A stretch of DNA of 64,000 nucleotides. It comes from Camelus ferus (taxonomy: Eukaryota). Positions 1 through 12,720 of the stretch are shown piece by piece. The notes beneath the pieces are model-generated. The model saw nothing but the letters and a program-made list of their open reading frames with translations, did no database searches and was not told where the DNA came from. Positions within the stretch are counted from its first letter, which is position 1. Every line of letters starts with the position of its first letter. Location of the stretch: assembly GCF_009834535.1 (NCBI RefSeq), contig NC_045696.1, positions 34,102,001 through 34,166,000 on the forward strand. Reading direction: 5' to 3'. The translations under genes and the position numbers were made by a program.

Positions 1-1989
1 CCCATAATCATGTGAAAATAATAAATAGATTTTAAATATCACAGCACCTACAGTCTTATCAAATAGCATCTTGATAACTTTCCTATAAAGACATTGTGCT
101 AACTAAGAATGTTCCAGTTTAGCTGTACACACTGCTGGTACATGTATAATAATTATTAAAGGGCAATGAGGAATCTATGCAGTTTTTTTTATAAGCTATT
201 TCAAAACCTTTTATCAGTGCATAAAACTTCTTCAGGCCTTTTTTAGAGCAATCTCTGAACATGAGAGTCAAAAAGGTGACCCCCAAAATAGTGACAAATA
301 TCTTGTGATATTTGCTCATAAACTCTCCTCAAACATTGCCATATGGACGCTTACTCGTGTACAACCATAATAAGATTTGCTATCTGTTCCTTCAGCCCAA
401 AGTAAATTAGCAGCAAACAGAAAGTGAGTCAGGTAGCGCTGGATAGAATTAACAAAAATCACATCAAGAACAACCTGACAAAGGCAGAGTGAGAAAAAAA
501 TTAAAAAGTAGAACAGAATTGCTAATTTACACAGTACAATTATAGCTGCTTAAAAGATCATGTAAAATTATCAAGAAAATAGGCTCATAGCCTCATTCTG
601 AGGATGCATCAAAGGGCATAGAACATTTTAGAGCTATTTTAATTCAACCCAGATAAAATACAAAAAAAAAAAAAGTGGGTACTAGAGTTCATATGCCTCA
701 GTATTTGGAAAATTTTACTTATGTAGAACACCTGATAATTTCATACTGATGAAATACTATTATATTTAAAAATGAAAATGCATGTGATTTAAAAAGAAAA
801 TTAAAAGTTGGAGGATGTTTAGCTAAATTGTATTTTAGCCAATCTAGTCAATCAACAGAATAAAAAAATTGACATTAAAATATATTTTAAGAAACTATGA
901 AACAGAATACTAAATAAATCTTACAAACTATAAAATGTTCACAACAATTATGGCTCTTCATATACTTGTGGTGCTATGGTGATGATGGATAAATTTCCCT
1001 CTTAAATAGTCATTCCATATTGTTAAAAATAACCCATTTACAATAAATAATATTCAGTACAAAGTATATTCAGTACTAATAATCCAAAAAGTATCTTAAA
1101 TCATTTGTTAATTTATCTATCCATTTACTCCACAACATTTTTGAAAGCCTTCTATAACTAGTTTGGTTCTATTAAAACGCAACAAAAATTTTTTTTAAAT
1201 GACTTAACAGTTATCAAGTCTCCCCCAATAACTACCTCCTATTCAGGAAGAGACTTTAGACCCCTGTAGAAGGGAGACTGCAGCATGAGAGGGCTAGACA
1301 AAACACCACGCAGGAACTCTCCATGGAACCGCACCTCCTCACTGTACATAATATTGAGCCAAGCTTCCATCTACTCATGAAAAGGCTTGCCAACATTCAC
1401 AGAAAATTCAAGCCTCAAATCTGTTTAACTGTGCATGGTATGACTGAATATATTGCACTGGCAAATTATGAAAAAAATTAGTACTGTACATCCAACCATA
1501 AAACATTCACTGACAAATGAAGTGCGTATCAGTCAGAAGAAATATTTCATGTCCTATTCAAAGTAGGACTCCAAAATAGCTGTAGTGTTCTTAGCTGTAC
1601 ACCAACAGGATATTGGATAGTTTTTAATGTCACACTACTCTGCTCTCCATAAAGAATACTCAGCTCACCACCATCTTCTGATTATAAAGGGAGATCCAAG
1701 TTAAAGTTATATAATCGAAGAACCAATGACCATCTAGGGATTTGTGCTGATTAGTAGTGAGTATTGCAAAAAAGGAGGTGAAGCACAATTACAGAATCAT
1801 GCCTAAAATGTTTAGTTTTCAAAATTTTAATCCCTTAATTATTTCAAACCTAGAGAAAATATAAACTTATGAAAAATACCGATGTGTCTTCTGGCCCCCC
1901 ACTATCTAAGAGATGTTCTCTCTTGTTTGTTTTTTATTTATGTTGTTTAAAAACTAAAAACACTAAAGAAACAGCCATGCTCCATGAAT

Positions 1990-2330
1990 CCATCCTTCAG
2001 TCCACTGCTCTCCTCACGTGAGATCAGGGCCCTGGAGTTGGTGGGTGGTGTTTGCATACATGACTTTCGGTTTTAACATCCGTTCACAAGATAGACTATG
2101 TTTTACATTTTTAAAATGTACATAAATGGCATACTGAGTATATCCTTTTGCAGTTCAGTTTTATTTTATTCAACACTGTATTTTTGATATTTATATATGT
2201 TGATATATGTAGATAATATTTGTTGATTTCTATTGCTAAAGACTATTTCATAGTATTCAAAATAAGAATTTGCATCCATTCCACGATTCCACTACAGCAA
2301 AAAATGCTGCAATGATTTTTACATGAGTGA
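1990..2330 (-). mobile_element. Old L1 (L1ME-like) 3' end fragment
   Basis: Degenerate antisense L1 3' UTR motifs (tacataaatggcatactgagtatatccttttgca...ttcaacactgtatttttgatatttatatatgttgat); boundaries approximate. Confidence 0.55.
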
Positions 2331-2774
2331 CCTGAATGAGAACAAGGGTATCTTAAAGGAAAAAATTTTGTGAATGAGCACTGAAATCAGAGAGGAGGTA
2401 GACTAGAAACAAAGACCACCTGAAGATGTGTAATCCCTTGTCCTTGTCTAGCAATTAAACCTCTGGTTTGAATCTAGTTAGGAAAAGAGGGCCAGCAGGC
2501 AGAAGCTAAGTGGGTTGGAAATGTTTGAAATTTGGTATATTCACTCTGCCTTTTTCAGGACTTTTGTGAGAAAGTGGAGCAGAGCTGAGGAAATGTGAAC
2601 TCTATTTGTGAAACACACATTCAGAGGTACAGTGAGGCCTGAGAAGAAGATTGGAACATTTCGTTCACCAAGGACTTTGCAGCTTTGATAACACCAAATC
2701 TTAGTCAGAGAAACAGGATTCTCAGCTTGCCTGGAGTGACACATTTCCTAGATTAGACCCAAGTACTCACCCAA

Positions 2775-3208
2775 CCTGATGCCAGAACACTTTGCTATGT
2801 ACTTTGCTGTACCCCAACCAAAGGTGGAGCATATGTTTCCATCCTACACTCTGGGCTTATCCAAATGACTTATTTGGGTGAATATGATATTAGCTGGTGG
2901 ATTTCAAGCAGTAGCTTGAAATACACTTGTGCAATTGGCATTGTACTCGAAATTCTGCCATTGCCTTGAGAAGGCCACGCCCTGGTCTACATACCTGTCC
3001 CAGCAGAATGAGAGGCGAGGGGAGCAGGCTCAGGAAGATGGAGAGACATGTGGATCAGACTCACATGGTGATGACCCACTCCAGTCACCACAGCCTCCCC
3101 AATAGACAACAACATCTATAAGAATAAATGAATGTTTTGTTTTGTTTTTAAACACTGAATTTTGGGATTGTTATAACATAGCAATATTGTAGCTACAGTT
3201 AGCTTACT
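2775..3208 (+). mobile_element. MaLR solo LTR (MLT1I/J-like)
   Basis: MLT1-type body and 3' end (aataaatgaatgttttg...aaacactgaattttgggattgttataacatagcaat). Confidence 0.65.
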
Positions 3209-3209
3209 C

Positions 3210-4955
3210 TGTTCCTGGATTGAAAACTCAGTAGTGTAAAGATGTTAGTTTTCTCCAAATTAATCTCTAGAGTCAATGCAATTCTAATGAGGGACCTAAC
3301 AAATTTTTGTTTTTTTAAATTGACAGTAATAACTCTAAAAATTCATAAAGATATGTAAAAGGTAAGAATAGTCAAGGCAATTTGAAAAAGAACAGCATAA
3401 GAAGGACTTCTACCACCAGATAACAAAAACTATGAGAAAGCTATAGTGTTTAAAACAGTAAAAGACAAAATGAATATACGTAAGTTCCTATATGACTGAA
3501 GTATTGTGCTGTACACCAGAAATTGACACAACATTGTAAATTGACTATAGGTCAATAAAAATATATTAAAAAATCAAAAGGGCATAAAGTGACAATAAAA
3601 TAAAATAAAGCAGTAAAAGACAAAATGACCAACAGGTTAGAAAGGTGAGCCCAGAAATAGATCCACATATGTACTGTCACATAATTTATGGCAAAGTATC
3701 TGAAGTTTGGAGGGAAAATGATAACTTTTCAACAAATAGTGTTGGAACAATTGGATATCCATATGGAAAACAATCATGACTCCTACATAACCCTTTACAA
3801 AAAAAAGGAAAAAAAAATCAGTTCCAGATTGATCACAGATCTAGGTGGGGAATAAACACAAACAAAAATCTTTTGGAGTAAAACATGGGAGACTCACTTC
3901 ATAACCATAAATAAAGATTTCTTGAACAAGAGACAGAAAGCACAAGTCATCAAAGAGCAGAACGATAAATTTCTATTAATATTAAGAAGTTCTATTCATC
4001 AAAAGGCATTAGCAGAGTGAAAAGCCAACTCACAGAGTATGACAAAACATTTGCAAAACTTCTAAGGAGAGGCTTTGTTGGAAGTGCAAATATTCGTACA
4101 AGTCGGTGAGAAAAGAAACCCAAGTTCGACCGCAAAGACTTGAACACCTTTTATACAAGAGGATATCTAAATTGTCATGTACATATGAAATGAAAACATG
4201 TGAAAATGGCCAGCGAGTATATGAAAATAGAATCAGTCATCAGGAAAAGGCAAACTCAAACCACAGTGAGACATTGGTGCACGCTTGCAAGAATGGCTAA
4301 ATTAAAAGGACTGACAACATTGAATGTTATCAAAGATGCTGAACAACTCAAATCCCCAGCATCACTTTAAAAATGCAAAATAGTAACCATTTTACAAGAT
4401 GTTTGGTGGTTTATTATAAAGTTAAATTTAGATCCATACTATGACCCAGCAATTTTTCTGTAGGTGTATCTAGGATATCTTAGATAAATAAAAACATCTG
4501 TCCCAAAATAAGACACAAAAGTATCCATAGCAGCTTTATTCTTAATAGCCCAAACTGGAAAGCCCAAATGAACATCAATAAGAAAATGGAGAAGCAAATT
4601 TGTGGCACATCTGTATGATGAGATTTTCCTCAGCAATAAAATAGAACAGATTAATAGAACAGATTATACCAGGCATGAATCTCAAAACACATCATGCTGA
4701 GTGAGTACGAAACACTACATATGGTATAATTCTGTGTGTCTGACGTTCTGGAACGGTCAAAAGTGATCTATGGTGATAAAAATAAGAATAGTAGTTGCCT
4801 CTGCAGGGGGTGCATAAGGGAATTAGCTGGAGTGATAGAAATATATATATCTTTTTAGGGGTAAAGGCGTGGATTATATGAGCGTATGCATTTGTCAAAA
4901 CTCATCAAACTTAAGATCTGTGCATTTCACTCTGTATAAATTATACCCACAAAAA
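3210..4955 (+). mobile_element. Old L1 (L1MC/ME-like) ORF2 3' part plus 3' UTR
   Basis: Degenerate ORF2 motifs (gttcctggattgaaaactcag, ccagaaatagatccacat, atgacccagcaatt) and 3' UTR ending tgcatttcactctgtataaattatacc. Confidence 0.8.
3456..3628 (+). mobile_element. Short young L1 3' tail inserted into the old L1
   Basis: tgtgctgtacaccagaaattgacacaacattgtaaa motif shared with other young L1 ends in the window; 18-bp TSD cagtaaaagacaaaatga at 3456-3473 and 3611-3628. Confidence 0.85.
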
Positions 4956-5757
4956 GGCAAAGAAGCATCTTGCCGAACAAAAATGTATGCACATAGTCAT
5001 TCTTATTATAGGTTGGAGTTTTAGTTTTTAACTACTGGTGAAATTCCAGCACACTCTAATTAATGTTCGATGAAATTTATTAAAAATTTACTGTATGCAT
5101 ATCAGGTTCTTGGCTTTACGTTCAGGCAGTTGCAAAGTGAGAAAGCAATTTATTAAAAATTGAAGTTACAGCATATTTACACAAGATTTAATACCCTGGA
5201 GAAAACTGATTTAGAGAACAAAATGATGTTTGTACTCTACTACATGTGTGTGGCATTGTGATTTACAGTGATTAGGGGAAACATTTACCAAAGGTGTGGC
5301 ACTTTCTTGAGCTTTGAAAAAGAGCTCTCTTGTGGATGGATAAGGAGAGAAGATTATAGGACTTTCTAAGTTGGTATAACAGCAGATGCAGAAAGATGGT
5401 ATGGGAATTTTTTGATTCAGAATTTAACCCTTGGAAATAACTAATGAAAACAGAAATACTTTTAAGCAAATGTATAAAGTGATCTCTTCATACTACATAC
5501 ATATTTAAACTCAATGGAAAATGAATTAATTCTTTAAACTTAATTGAGTAATTATTTTTTTCTCTGGACTTGTTTTAGATGTCAATTGGTAAAATTGATT
5601 AAGCTATTAAGTCATAATATTTAAATTTCCAGTACATGGAATTACACAGACTAAATTTGTGGTATTAGTTGAGCTCTAATTCTTTTAGATAAATAAATAT
5701 ATTGTTGGTATGTTTACATGATATCACACATCCAAATGAAAGGTTAAAAATTAATTT

Positions 5758-5850
5758 GGGTAGGGGTGGGTATAGCTCAGTTGGAGAGTGTGTGATTAGC
5801 ATGCACAAGGTCCTGGGTTCAATCCCTAGTACTTTCATTTTAAAAAAAAT
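5758..5850 (+). mobile_element. tRNA-Ala-derived SINE (camelid vic-1-like)
   Basis: A box tatagctcagttgg, B box ggttcaatccc, A-rich tail; 14-bp TSD ttaaaaattaattt at 5744-5757 and 5851-5864. Confidence 0.9.
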
Positions 5851-8800
5851 TTAAAAATTAATTTAGAAATAGCCAGTGTCTGAACAGTGAGTTAGAGAGA
5901 CAGGATTCAGAATGGAAAGCTATGGAGAAAGATTGTGGAAAGATGGTGAATAGTAGGGCAACAAGAAAGCAGGCAGAGCTCTGAGGATTAAGATCACTTC
6001 AGGAAATAAATAGACGCTGGTTTTAAAGAAGGAATGTCTCATATTCAGTTTTAAGTTACTGCCTGTACTTTGCTGTGCTTTAATCCTTTTAAGTAATTTC
6101 TATGACTCTACAAATCTGACATACTAAAAGAAAACTGCATTAGTAGAGGAAATAGCTATGCCAGCTGAAGCCAGAAATTAGAGCAAGAGATGACCAGGAA
6201 AAATACAATCTGAGTCCTCCTGCACCAAGCCTCTTTAGAAATATTAGGAAGGGGTAGGGATCCCCCTGTGCTTGGCAGAGGCACTTGGGCATGTCTCATT
6301 GTACCCCCAAAACAGTGTTACCTCTGAGAGCTGGAATCCTTGTGAATTTTCAGGAGGTAGAAATGGGTTACACAGATGAAAAAGCCAGAAAACTGACTTA
6401 CCTTTTTAACTCAAGTGGTTTATGAATTAGGCCACATACAGTTTCAGTATCCTCAATTACTTCCCAAATGTCCTCTTCATATGATAAACGATTTTGAAAA
6501 GTTTCACGTGATATTCTGAATTCCTATGAATAGAATGCATAGTTTGAGTTGATAGGCTTAAAGCTCTAAGGTTTCATTGCAGGTCACAAATGTACTACTA
6601 ACATATGTAACTTAATTTTATTATTGAATAAGCTCTTTTCTAAAGGGTACAAACCAGCAGGTTTACTTTACTGAAGCTGAGATGCCAGTCTCTAACATTC
6701 ATAAGGCATGACGGAAATAAACAAAGCACTCTGCTCGGAAAAGTTCCTTCAAAGTGTAAGTTTCCATTCCTGTTTTTTTTCTTATATAGCACACAGGGAT
6801 TGTTATTGCTGGAATGATTTTGCTATCTTTTACTAAATTCTACACCTTTCTTCACAATATGTAGGTACTTTGACTAAAATCACAGCCAAAGGAAAATTTT
6901 TATCCAACATCTTATCACATTTAAATATGACTAAGATATAGAATTTCAAAACCTAGATGATTTGTGATTATTTTTAAAGAATTGTGCTCCAACAATAATT
7001 TGAAATACCTCAGTGACTCTGAAATGCACTGTACATATGGGGGTATGAATTCATAAGACATACACTTACATATACAAAGACTGTAACATTCTTTATTTTT
7101 CAATAACTAAATTTAATCTTGAGCCCCTTTCCACCCAGTACTAGAAAGCAGTTTTTGTCATTTATGAGTTAACACTGTCATTTCAATTCTCAACTCAGTC
7201 AAATAAATGTTTTCCCACTTCCTCCTCCCTCCCCACCCATGGGTATGATCTAAGTTTCCAGTGGGGTGGACTTTCCTACATATAGTCATGGCACCAAAGG
7301 GAGATGTTTGTTCTTTGGTTAGTGTCTTTTCTTACTGGTATCTGAGAGATGCATGTTGCCTGCCTGACTGACTCTTGGTCCTCATCCCCTCTCCAAAGTG
7401 GTGTCTACTGAGGCATCCGAATCTCACCTGTTCTCCACCAGAATGTTTCGTGCTACTTTCTGCCACAGCATCACCTTATCACAACTATGAGACCCTCTTC
7501 TGTCCACTAAATCTTCATCCCCTCAGAAAGTCTGATGCTCTTCCTCCATGCATTGAGAACATAGGAAATTTAGGGATTTTTTTCAGGGACTCTGCCTAAA
7601 CTCACCAGAAGCTGTTTCTATATTCATGAAGGCAACTGGAGTTACTGAAGACCACCATTTCCTAGGGATCCACAGGTCTACTCTCAACACCCAACTTGAT
7701 GTCCTCTTCCCTGGGGCTAAGGACAGCTGGTTGGGCAGTGGGGCTCTCTAGCTCTTTCTAAGAACCATTTACAAGCATCTAATACTCCTAATTCTTTTTC
7801 AATTCTACCCTGAAGTTTCTCTTTGTCTTTCTTTCTCTCTCAGAGGAAAAATCTTATTTGTTCCAAATTTTCTGCCTTAAAATCTGGACCATGATTTTGA
7901 TATTAAATGAAAAGAACTGGCTAACTGGTATACTAGATCCTTCTGTCACAGCTCCTTCTTGGGGCGACAGTAGCCCCATATCCATCTATTTAAATATGAG
8001 TGCAGAGTTAAACCAAAGAGGAAGAAGTGAGAGAAGGGGAAATAAGAGCATATTTTACATCTGCTAATACTTAATGATAGCTATTGAGCAAAATATGTAA
8101 ATGGATCTCACCAAAGGGAAATGTCTGTTATAAAGGATTTTATTTTGCAGTGGAGTATGTTCTCCGGTCCATGTTAAATCATCATAAAGTCTTCAAAATG
8201 AAATATAAGAAATGCTCTGAAACAAAATATTGACTGTTCTCCTCTAGCAAACAGACTCATCAGAGTTGTCTTTCTTTTTCCCACTGAATGAGCATTTTTC
8301 TTTTTCTCATTAGCACTCTGAAGACAAACAAAGCTTAAGAGTAAAATTTAATTCCGCCTGCTATAAAACTAAATTAACTCAATAGCTGAATCCACACAAC
8401 CCCAGAAAAGAAAACTCTGGATAGAATGTACACATCTGTCGACTGACTTGCCAATCCACTTTGGATTCACTAAGTTGACTGCTCTTCTAGTTTATAATTA
8501 TTCTTCAGCGAACAAATTACATTTTCCTTCTGCACAGATGTTATCTCCATTTGTCGTGTTCAAGTAAAATATTATTACTAGATGTATATGGGTCTTGGAA
8601 CAAAGAGGAATTCAGCATTAAACTGCAGCAAACCATTGGCAATCAGAACATGAAAAGGTCAACCCTTGACTATCTTATGAAAATCTAACTTTTCTATTGA
8701 TGGTAAATACTCTTTTACCCACTATATTGTGTGTTATGAAAACCAGTGGCTGCAGCTGTCTATTAATTTCCCCATTCCATCTCATCCACACAAGGTTCTC

Positions 8801-9352
8801 TCTCTCTAGAAATTCTCTCCCCTCTCACCTGAAAAATTTTATTTTCTGTCTTTCCAGAATTATTCCTATCAGAAAACAAACATGGTATAATTTTTCCTAA
8901 AAATGAAACTCTCATAATCCTACATCTTTTTCCAAATATCAGCCTGTTTCTCTGCTCCCCTTTGTTAGAAAAACTTCTTGAAAACATCTGCATGTTCCTC
9001 TCCTCCCATTTCTCTCTCACCCATTCCAGTTGGGCATTAGTCTCCATCATCCAATTAGACTGCTTTTGTCAAAACCAACAATGAGCCTGCTTGGAAAAAT
9101 CCAATGGTCAATTCTAAGTTCTCACCTTGCTTGATCTGTCAGTACCATTTTTTCCAAAATCACTCTCTCTCCTTGTTACACTTAATTTACTTGGCTTTCC
9201 AAGACCCAGACTTCCTTGGTGTTCCTGCTCCTTCACTAGCTTCCCCTCTTCTATCTGTTTGCATGTTCCTATTCACCATCTCATTGTCTAAATATGAAGT
9301 GCCCCAAGACTCAGTTTTGGAAGTCTTCTCTTTCTACACTCCTTCCTCAGAT

Positions 9353-9935
9353 CAGTGTTTATTATGGACTGAATTCTGTCCCCACCAAAATTCATATTTT
9401 GAAGTCTTACCCCACCAATGTGATGGTATTTGGAGATGGGGGCTTTTGGGAGGTGATTAGGGTTAAATGATGTCATAAAGGTGGGTCCTAATTTAATGAG
9501 ATCGGTGTCCTTATAAGAGCAGGAAGAAGGTACCAGAGAGCTGTCTCACTCTGTGCATTTGCTGAGACAAAGGCCCTGTGAGGACACAGAGAAAAGGTGG
9601 CCAGCTACAAGCCAAGAAGAGAGGCTTCACCAGAAACTAGTCATCCTGGCAGCCCAACTGATGTTGGACTTCTAGCCTTCAGAACTTGGAGAAAGTGAGT
9701 TTATGTTGTCAACACCATCTCTTCTGTGGCATTTTGCAGTGACAGCCTGAGCAGACTAATACAATGCTTCTCAAACTTTAGCTGTGTCAGTTGGTATCAT
9801 TTGGTAGACGTGCAAAAGCACAGAATGCTGAGATCCATCCCTTGCAGTTTCTGATTCTATAGAATTTGCCTTTCTAACAAGTTCTCAAGTGATGCCAATG
9901 CTGCAGGTTCTGGGACCACACTTTGAGTTCCACTG
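9353..9935. mobile_element. MER5A-like hAT MITE (left TIR split by an LTR)
   Basis: cag...tgcttctcaaac start; tttctaacaagttctcaagtgatgccaatgctgc...ccacactttgagttccactg end. Confidence 0.75.
9360..9763 (+). mobile_element. MaLR solo LTR (MLT1A/B-like)
   Basis: tattatggactgaat...caaaattcatat start; cagcctgagcagactaataca end. Confidence 0.85.
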
Positions 9936-10767
9936 CAGTAGATTATTTCATTGAGGTCATGACTTTAAATACCAACGATATGCTCAGGTCTCTCACTTGT
10001 TCATCTGAAGACCAGAACGCCCCCCTGAAGTCCAGACTCATATATCCAACTGCCTACTTGACTACTTGATGAAAATGTCTAGTATCTATCTCAAGCTTAA
10101 TGTATCCTAAAATGGGCTCCAATATTCTCCCCAAACCTGCTCCTCTAGCATTCTTCACCATCTTATTAAATGATAATTCCATTGTTCTAATTCCCAAAAC
10201 AAAAACTCTGGGGACATACTTAAGTTCTTTCTTTATCTTACACCACATGTTTAATCTGTTTTCAAATTTCATCAGTTGCTTCTTCAGCCTACGACTACAA
10301 CGTGATGGTTTCTCACAACTCCCATCATCCATGTTCACAGCACTGTCATGTCTCACCTTGATTATTACAATGGTTTTTAAACTTTTTTTTCTTTTGCTTT
10401 AATCCTTCTATGTTCCTTGCACCACTCCATTATAGTATCCACAAAATTCAGAGAGATAAGTAAAATTATGCCAGTCCTCTGCCTCGATCCTTCAATTATC
10501 TGTCTTCTCACGCAGAGCCAGTCCTCACAATGGCTCTGGAGCTCACACAGTCTCATGCCATGATACTTTCTCCTGCAACCTGAACTGCTATAACTCCCTC
10601 AGTTCCAGCCACACTGGGAATCCTTATTGTTTTTTGAATATGCTAGTTTTATGCTATCCCTTGCACTTGCTATTTCTATGCCAAGTACTTATCACCCTCT
10701 GAAACATCATGTATTCTACTAGTTTACTTTTGTCTCCTTGCACTAGAACAAAAGCTTTGAGAGAGAA

Positions 10768-11129
10768 TGTCTTAGCTCGGGCTGCTATAACAAAAATACC
10801 ATCAACTGGGTGGCTTAAACAATAAACATTTATTTCTCGCAGTTCTAGAGGCTGGGAAGTCTCAGATCAAGGCTCCAGCTGCCTGGCCTCTAGTGAGACT
10901 GCACTTTCTGGTTTATAGGTGGTCATCTTTTTGCTGAGTCCTCACGAGGCAGAAGGGGCAAGGGACCTCTCTGAGGTCTCTTTTATAAGGGCACTAATCC
11001 CATTCCTGAGGGCAGAAGGGGATGACCTAATCACTTCCCAAAGAATCCACCACCTAACATCATCACTTTGGGGTTAAGATTAAACTGTGAATTTGGGGTG
11101 GAGGGAACACAAACATTCATCCCATCACA
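10768..11129 (-). mobile_element. MaLR solo LTR (MLT1A-like)
   Basis: tgtcttag...gctgctataacaaaaatacc...cccatcaca termini; 5-bp TSD gagaa at 10763-10767 and 11130-11134. Confidence 0.9.
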
Positions 11130-11311
11130 GAGAAGAAATCTTTTTAATCCATTTTGTTCATCACTGTATCACCAGAGTTTAGAATGATGACTGCACACGG
11201 TAGGTACTCAATAAATATCTGTTGAATTAAATATATATATATACATATAATATACAACCAATTGCAAAGAAGAATTCAGAGGTGAAATTGGAATTTTCCT
11301 TCCCTCTCTGA

Positions 11312-11565
11312 AAGGCAGTGCAGCAGAACAGTGAAGGACATGGACCCTAAATTCAGACCATCTTGGTTTGCATCCTGATTCTGTCACTCATTTAACCTTG
11401 AGTCAATTCCTTGATGGCTCTGGGGCCTCAGTTGACTCATCTGTGAAATGGATACAATAAAAATGCATACCTCACAAAGCCACAAGGTATTTGAAATAAA
11501 TTAATATCTGTACAAAGAACTTAAATTAATTCTTAGGACAAAGCAAGTTCTGTATAAGCTCATAT
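11312..11565 (+). mobile_element. MIR SINE
   Basis: Core gcctcagttgactcatctgtgaaatgg with tRNA-like head. Confidence 0.75.
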
Positions 11566-11665
11566 TGTCCTTCAGAAGCAGACTCACCAAATCAAAATTA
11601 TTGATGAAAGTTTTATCCATTCCCAGGTTGAAAATATAGTGGCCATTAAGGCTGGCTTAGGATAC

Positions 11666-11878
11666 TTTTTTTTTTAATTGAAGCACAGTCAGTTCACAAT
11701 GTGTATATTTCTGGTGTACAGCACAATATTTCAGTCATAAATATACATAAATATATTCATTTTCATATTCCTTTGCATTATAGGTTTCCACAAGATATTG
11801 AATACAGTTCCTTGTGCTATAAACAAGAAACTTGTTGCTTATCCATTTCACATATACCAGCCAATATCTGCAAATCTT
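11666..11878 (-). mobile_element. Young L1 3' end
   Basis: T-run followed by the antisense of the young L1 3' UTR seen at 18335 and 56045. Confidence 0.85.
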
Positions 11879-12190
11879 AATCACTTCTTCAGAGGCCCTA
11901 TATCTAAATATAATTACATTCCATCATCAACTTTAAGTGCAAAGTTTCATCTAAATATCACTAAATCATATATGAGTTAGACTCGAAATATGATTCACCC
12001 TGGGGCAAAATCCCTCTTTGGCTTTGAACTTGTGAAACCAGACAGGTTTGTGCTTACAAAATACAATGGTGAAACAAGCATAAGATGGACATTTGCATTC
12101 CAAAAGTGAGAAATCAGACAAAAAGGGGGGTGAAGAGTCCCAAGCAAATCTAAAACCTAGCAAGGCAAATTCCATGAGATGTTAATACCT

Positions 12191-12518
12191 GCTCTTTTTT
12201 TTCTCTTTCTCAAAAAGAAATTTATTTAAATATTTAACTGAAAATTATAATTTGCACATTTTTTTTTTTTTTTTTTTTTACTGAAATGTAGTCAGTTTAC
12301 AATGTTGTGTCAATTTCTGGTATGGTATTTTTCTTTCTCTTTCTGACTTACTTCACTTAGAATGACAATCTCCAGGTCTATCCATGTTGCTGCAAATGGC
12401 ATTATTTTACTCTTTTTAATGGCTGAGTAGTATCCCACTATATAAATATACCACAGCTCCTTTATCCAGTCATCTGTCAAAGGAAAATTAGGTTGTTTCC
12501 ATGTCTTGGCTCTTTTTC
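12191..12518 (-). mobile_element. Young L1 3' fragment with internal deletion and extended tail
   Basis: T21 run and L1 3' sequence; flanking direct repeat gctcttttt at ~12191 and ~12509. Confidence 0.8.
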
Positions 12519-12559
12519 AAGCTTAATGATTCTTTTCTCTGTCAGTCTTCAATGTTCTG

Positions 12560-12720
12560 GTTTTTTGTTTGTTTGGTTTTTTTGGGGGGGAGGGTTCTTG
12601 GGGGAGGTAGTAATTAGATTTTTTTATTTTAATTTTTTTTAATGGAAGTACTGGGGATTGAACCCAGGACCTTGTGCATGCTAAGCATGCATTCTCCAAC
12701 TGAACTATACCCTACCCCCC
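12560..12720 (-). mobile_element. tRNA-Ala-derived SINE (vic-1-like, long-tail variant)
   Basis: Antisense of gggtatagttcagttggagaatgcatgcttagcatgcacaaggtcctgggttcaatccccagtac. Confidence 0.9.

Larger units (their letters stand above)
8720..11230 (+). mobile_element. L2 LINE 3' portion, interrupted by three later insertions
   Basis: Pyrimidine-rich L2 ORF2 remnants (caaaaccaacaatga, atatccaactgcctacttgac) and typical L2 end taggtactcaataaatatctgttgaat. Confidence 0.8.

Noticed and set aside
119..319. 66-aa minus-strand ORF and an overlapping open plus frame
   Set aside because: No recognisable homology and no convincing splice or start context; expected by chance.
5762..5835. tRNA-Ala-like sequences (also 12645-12718 and 55897-55968) as real tRNA genes
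   Set aside because: Degenerate stems, A-rich tails and a TSD at the first copy identify them as SINE copies.
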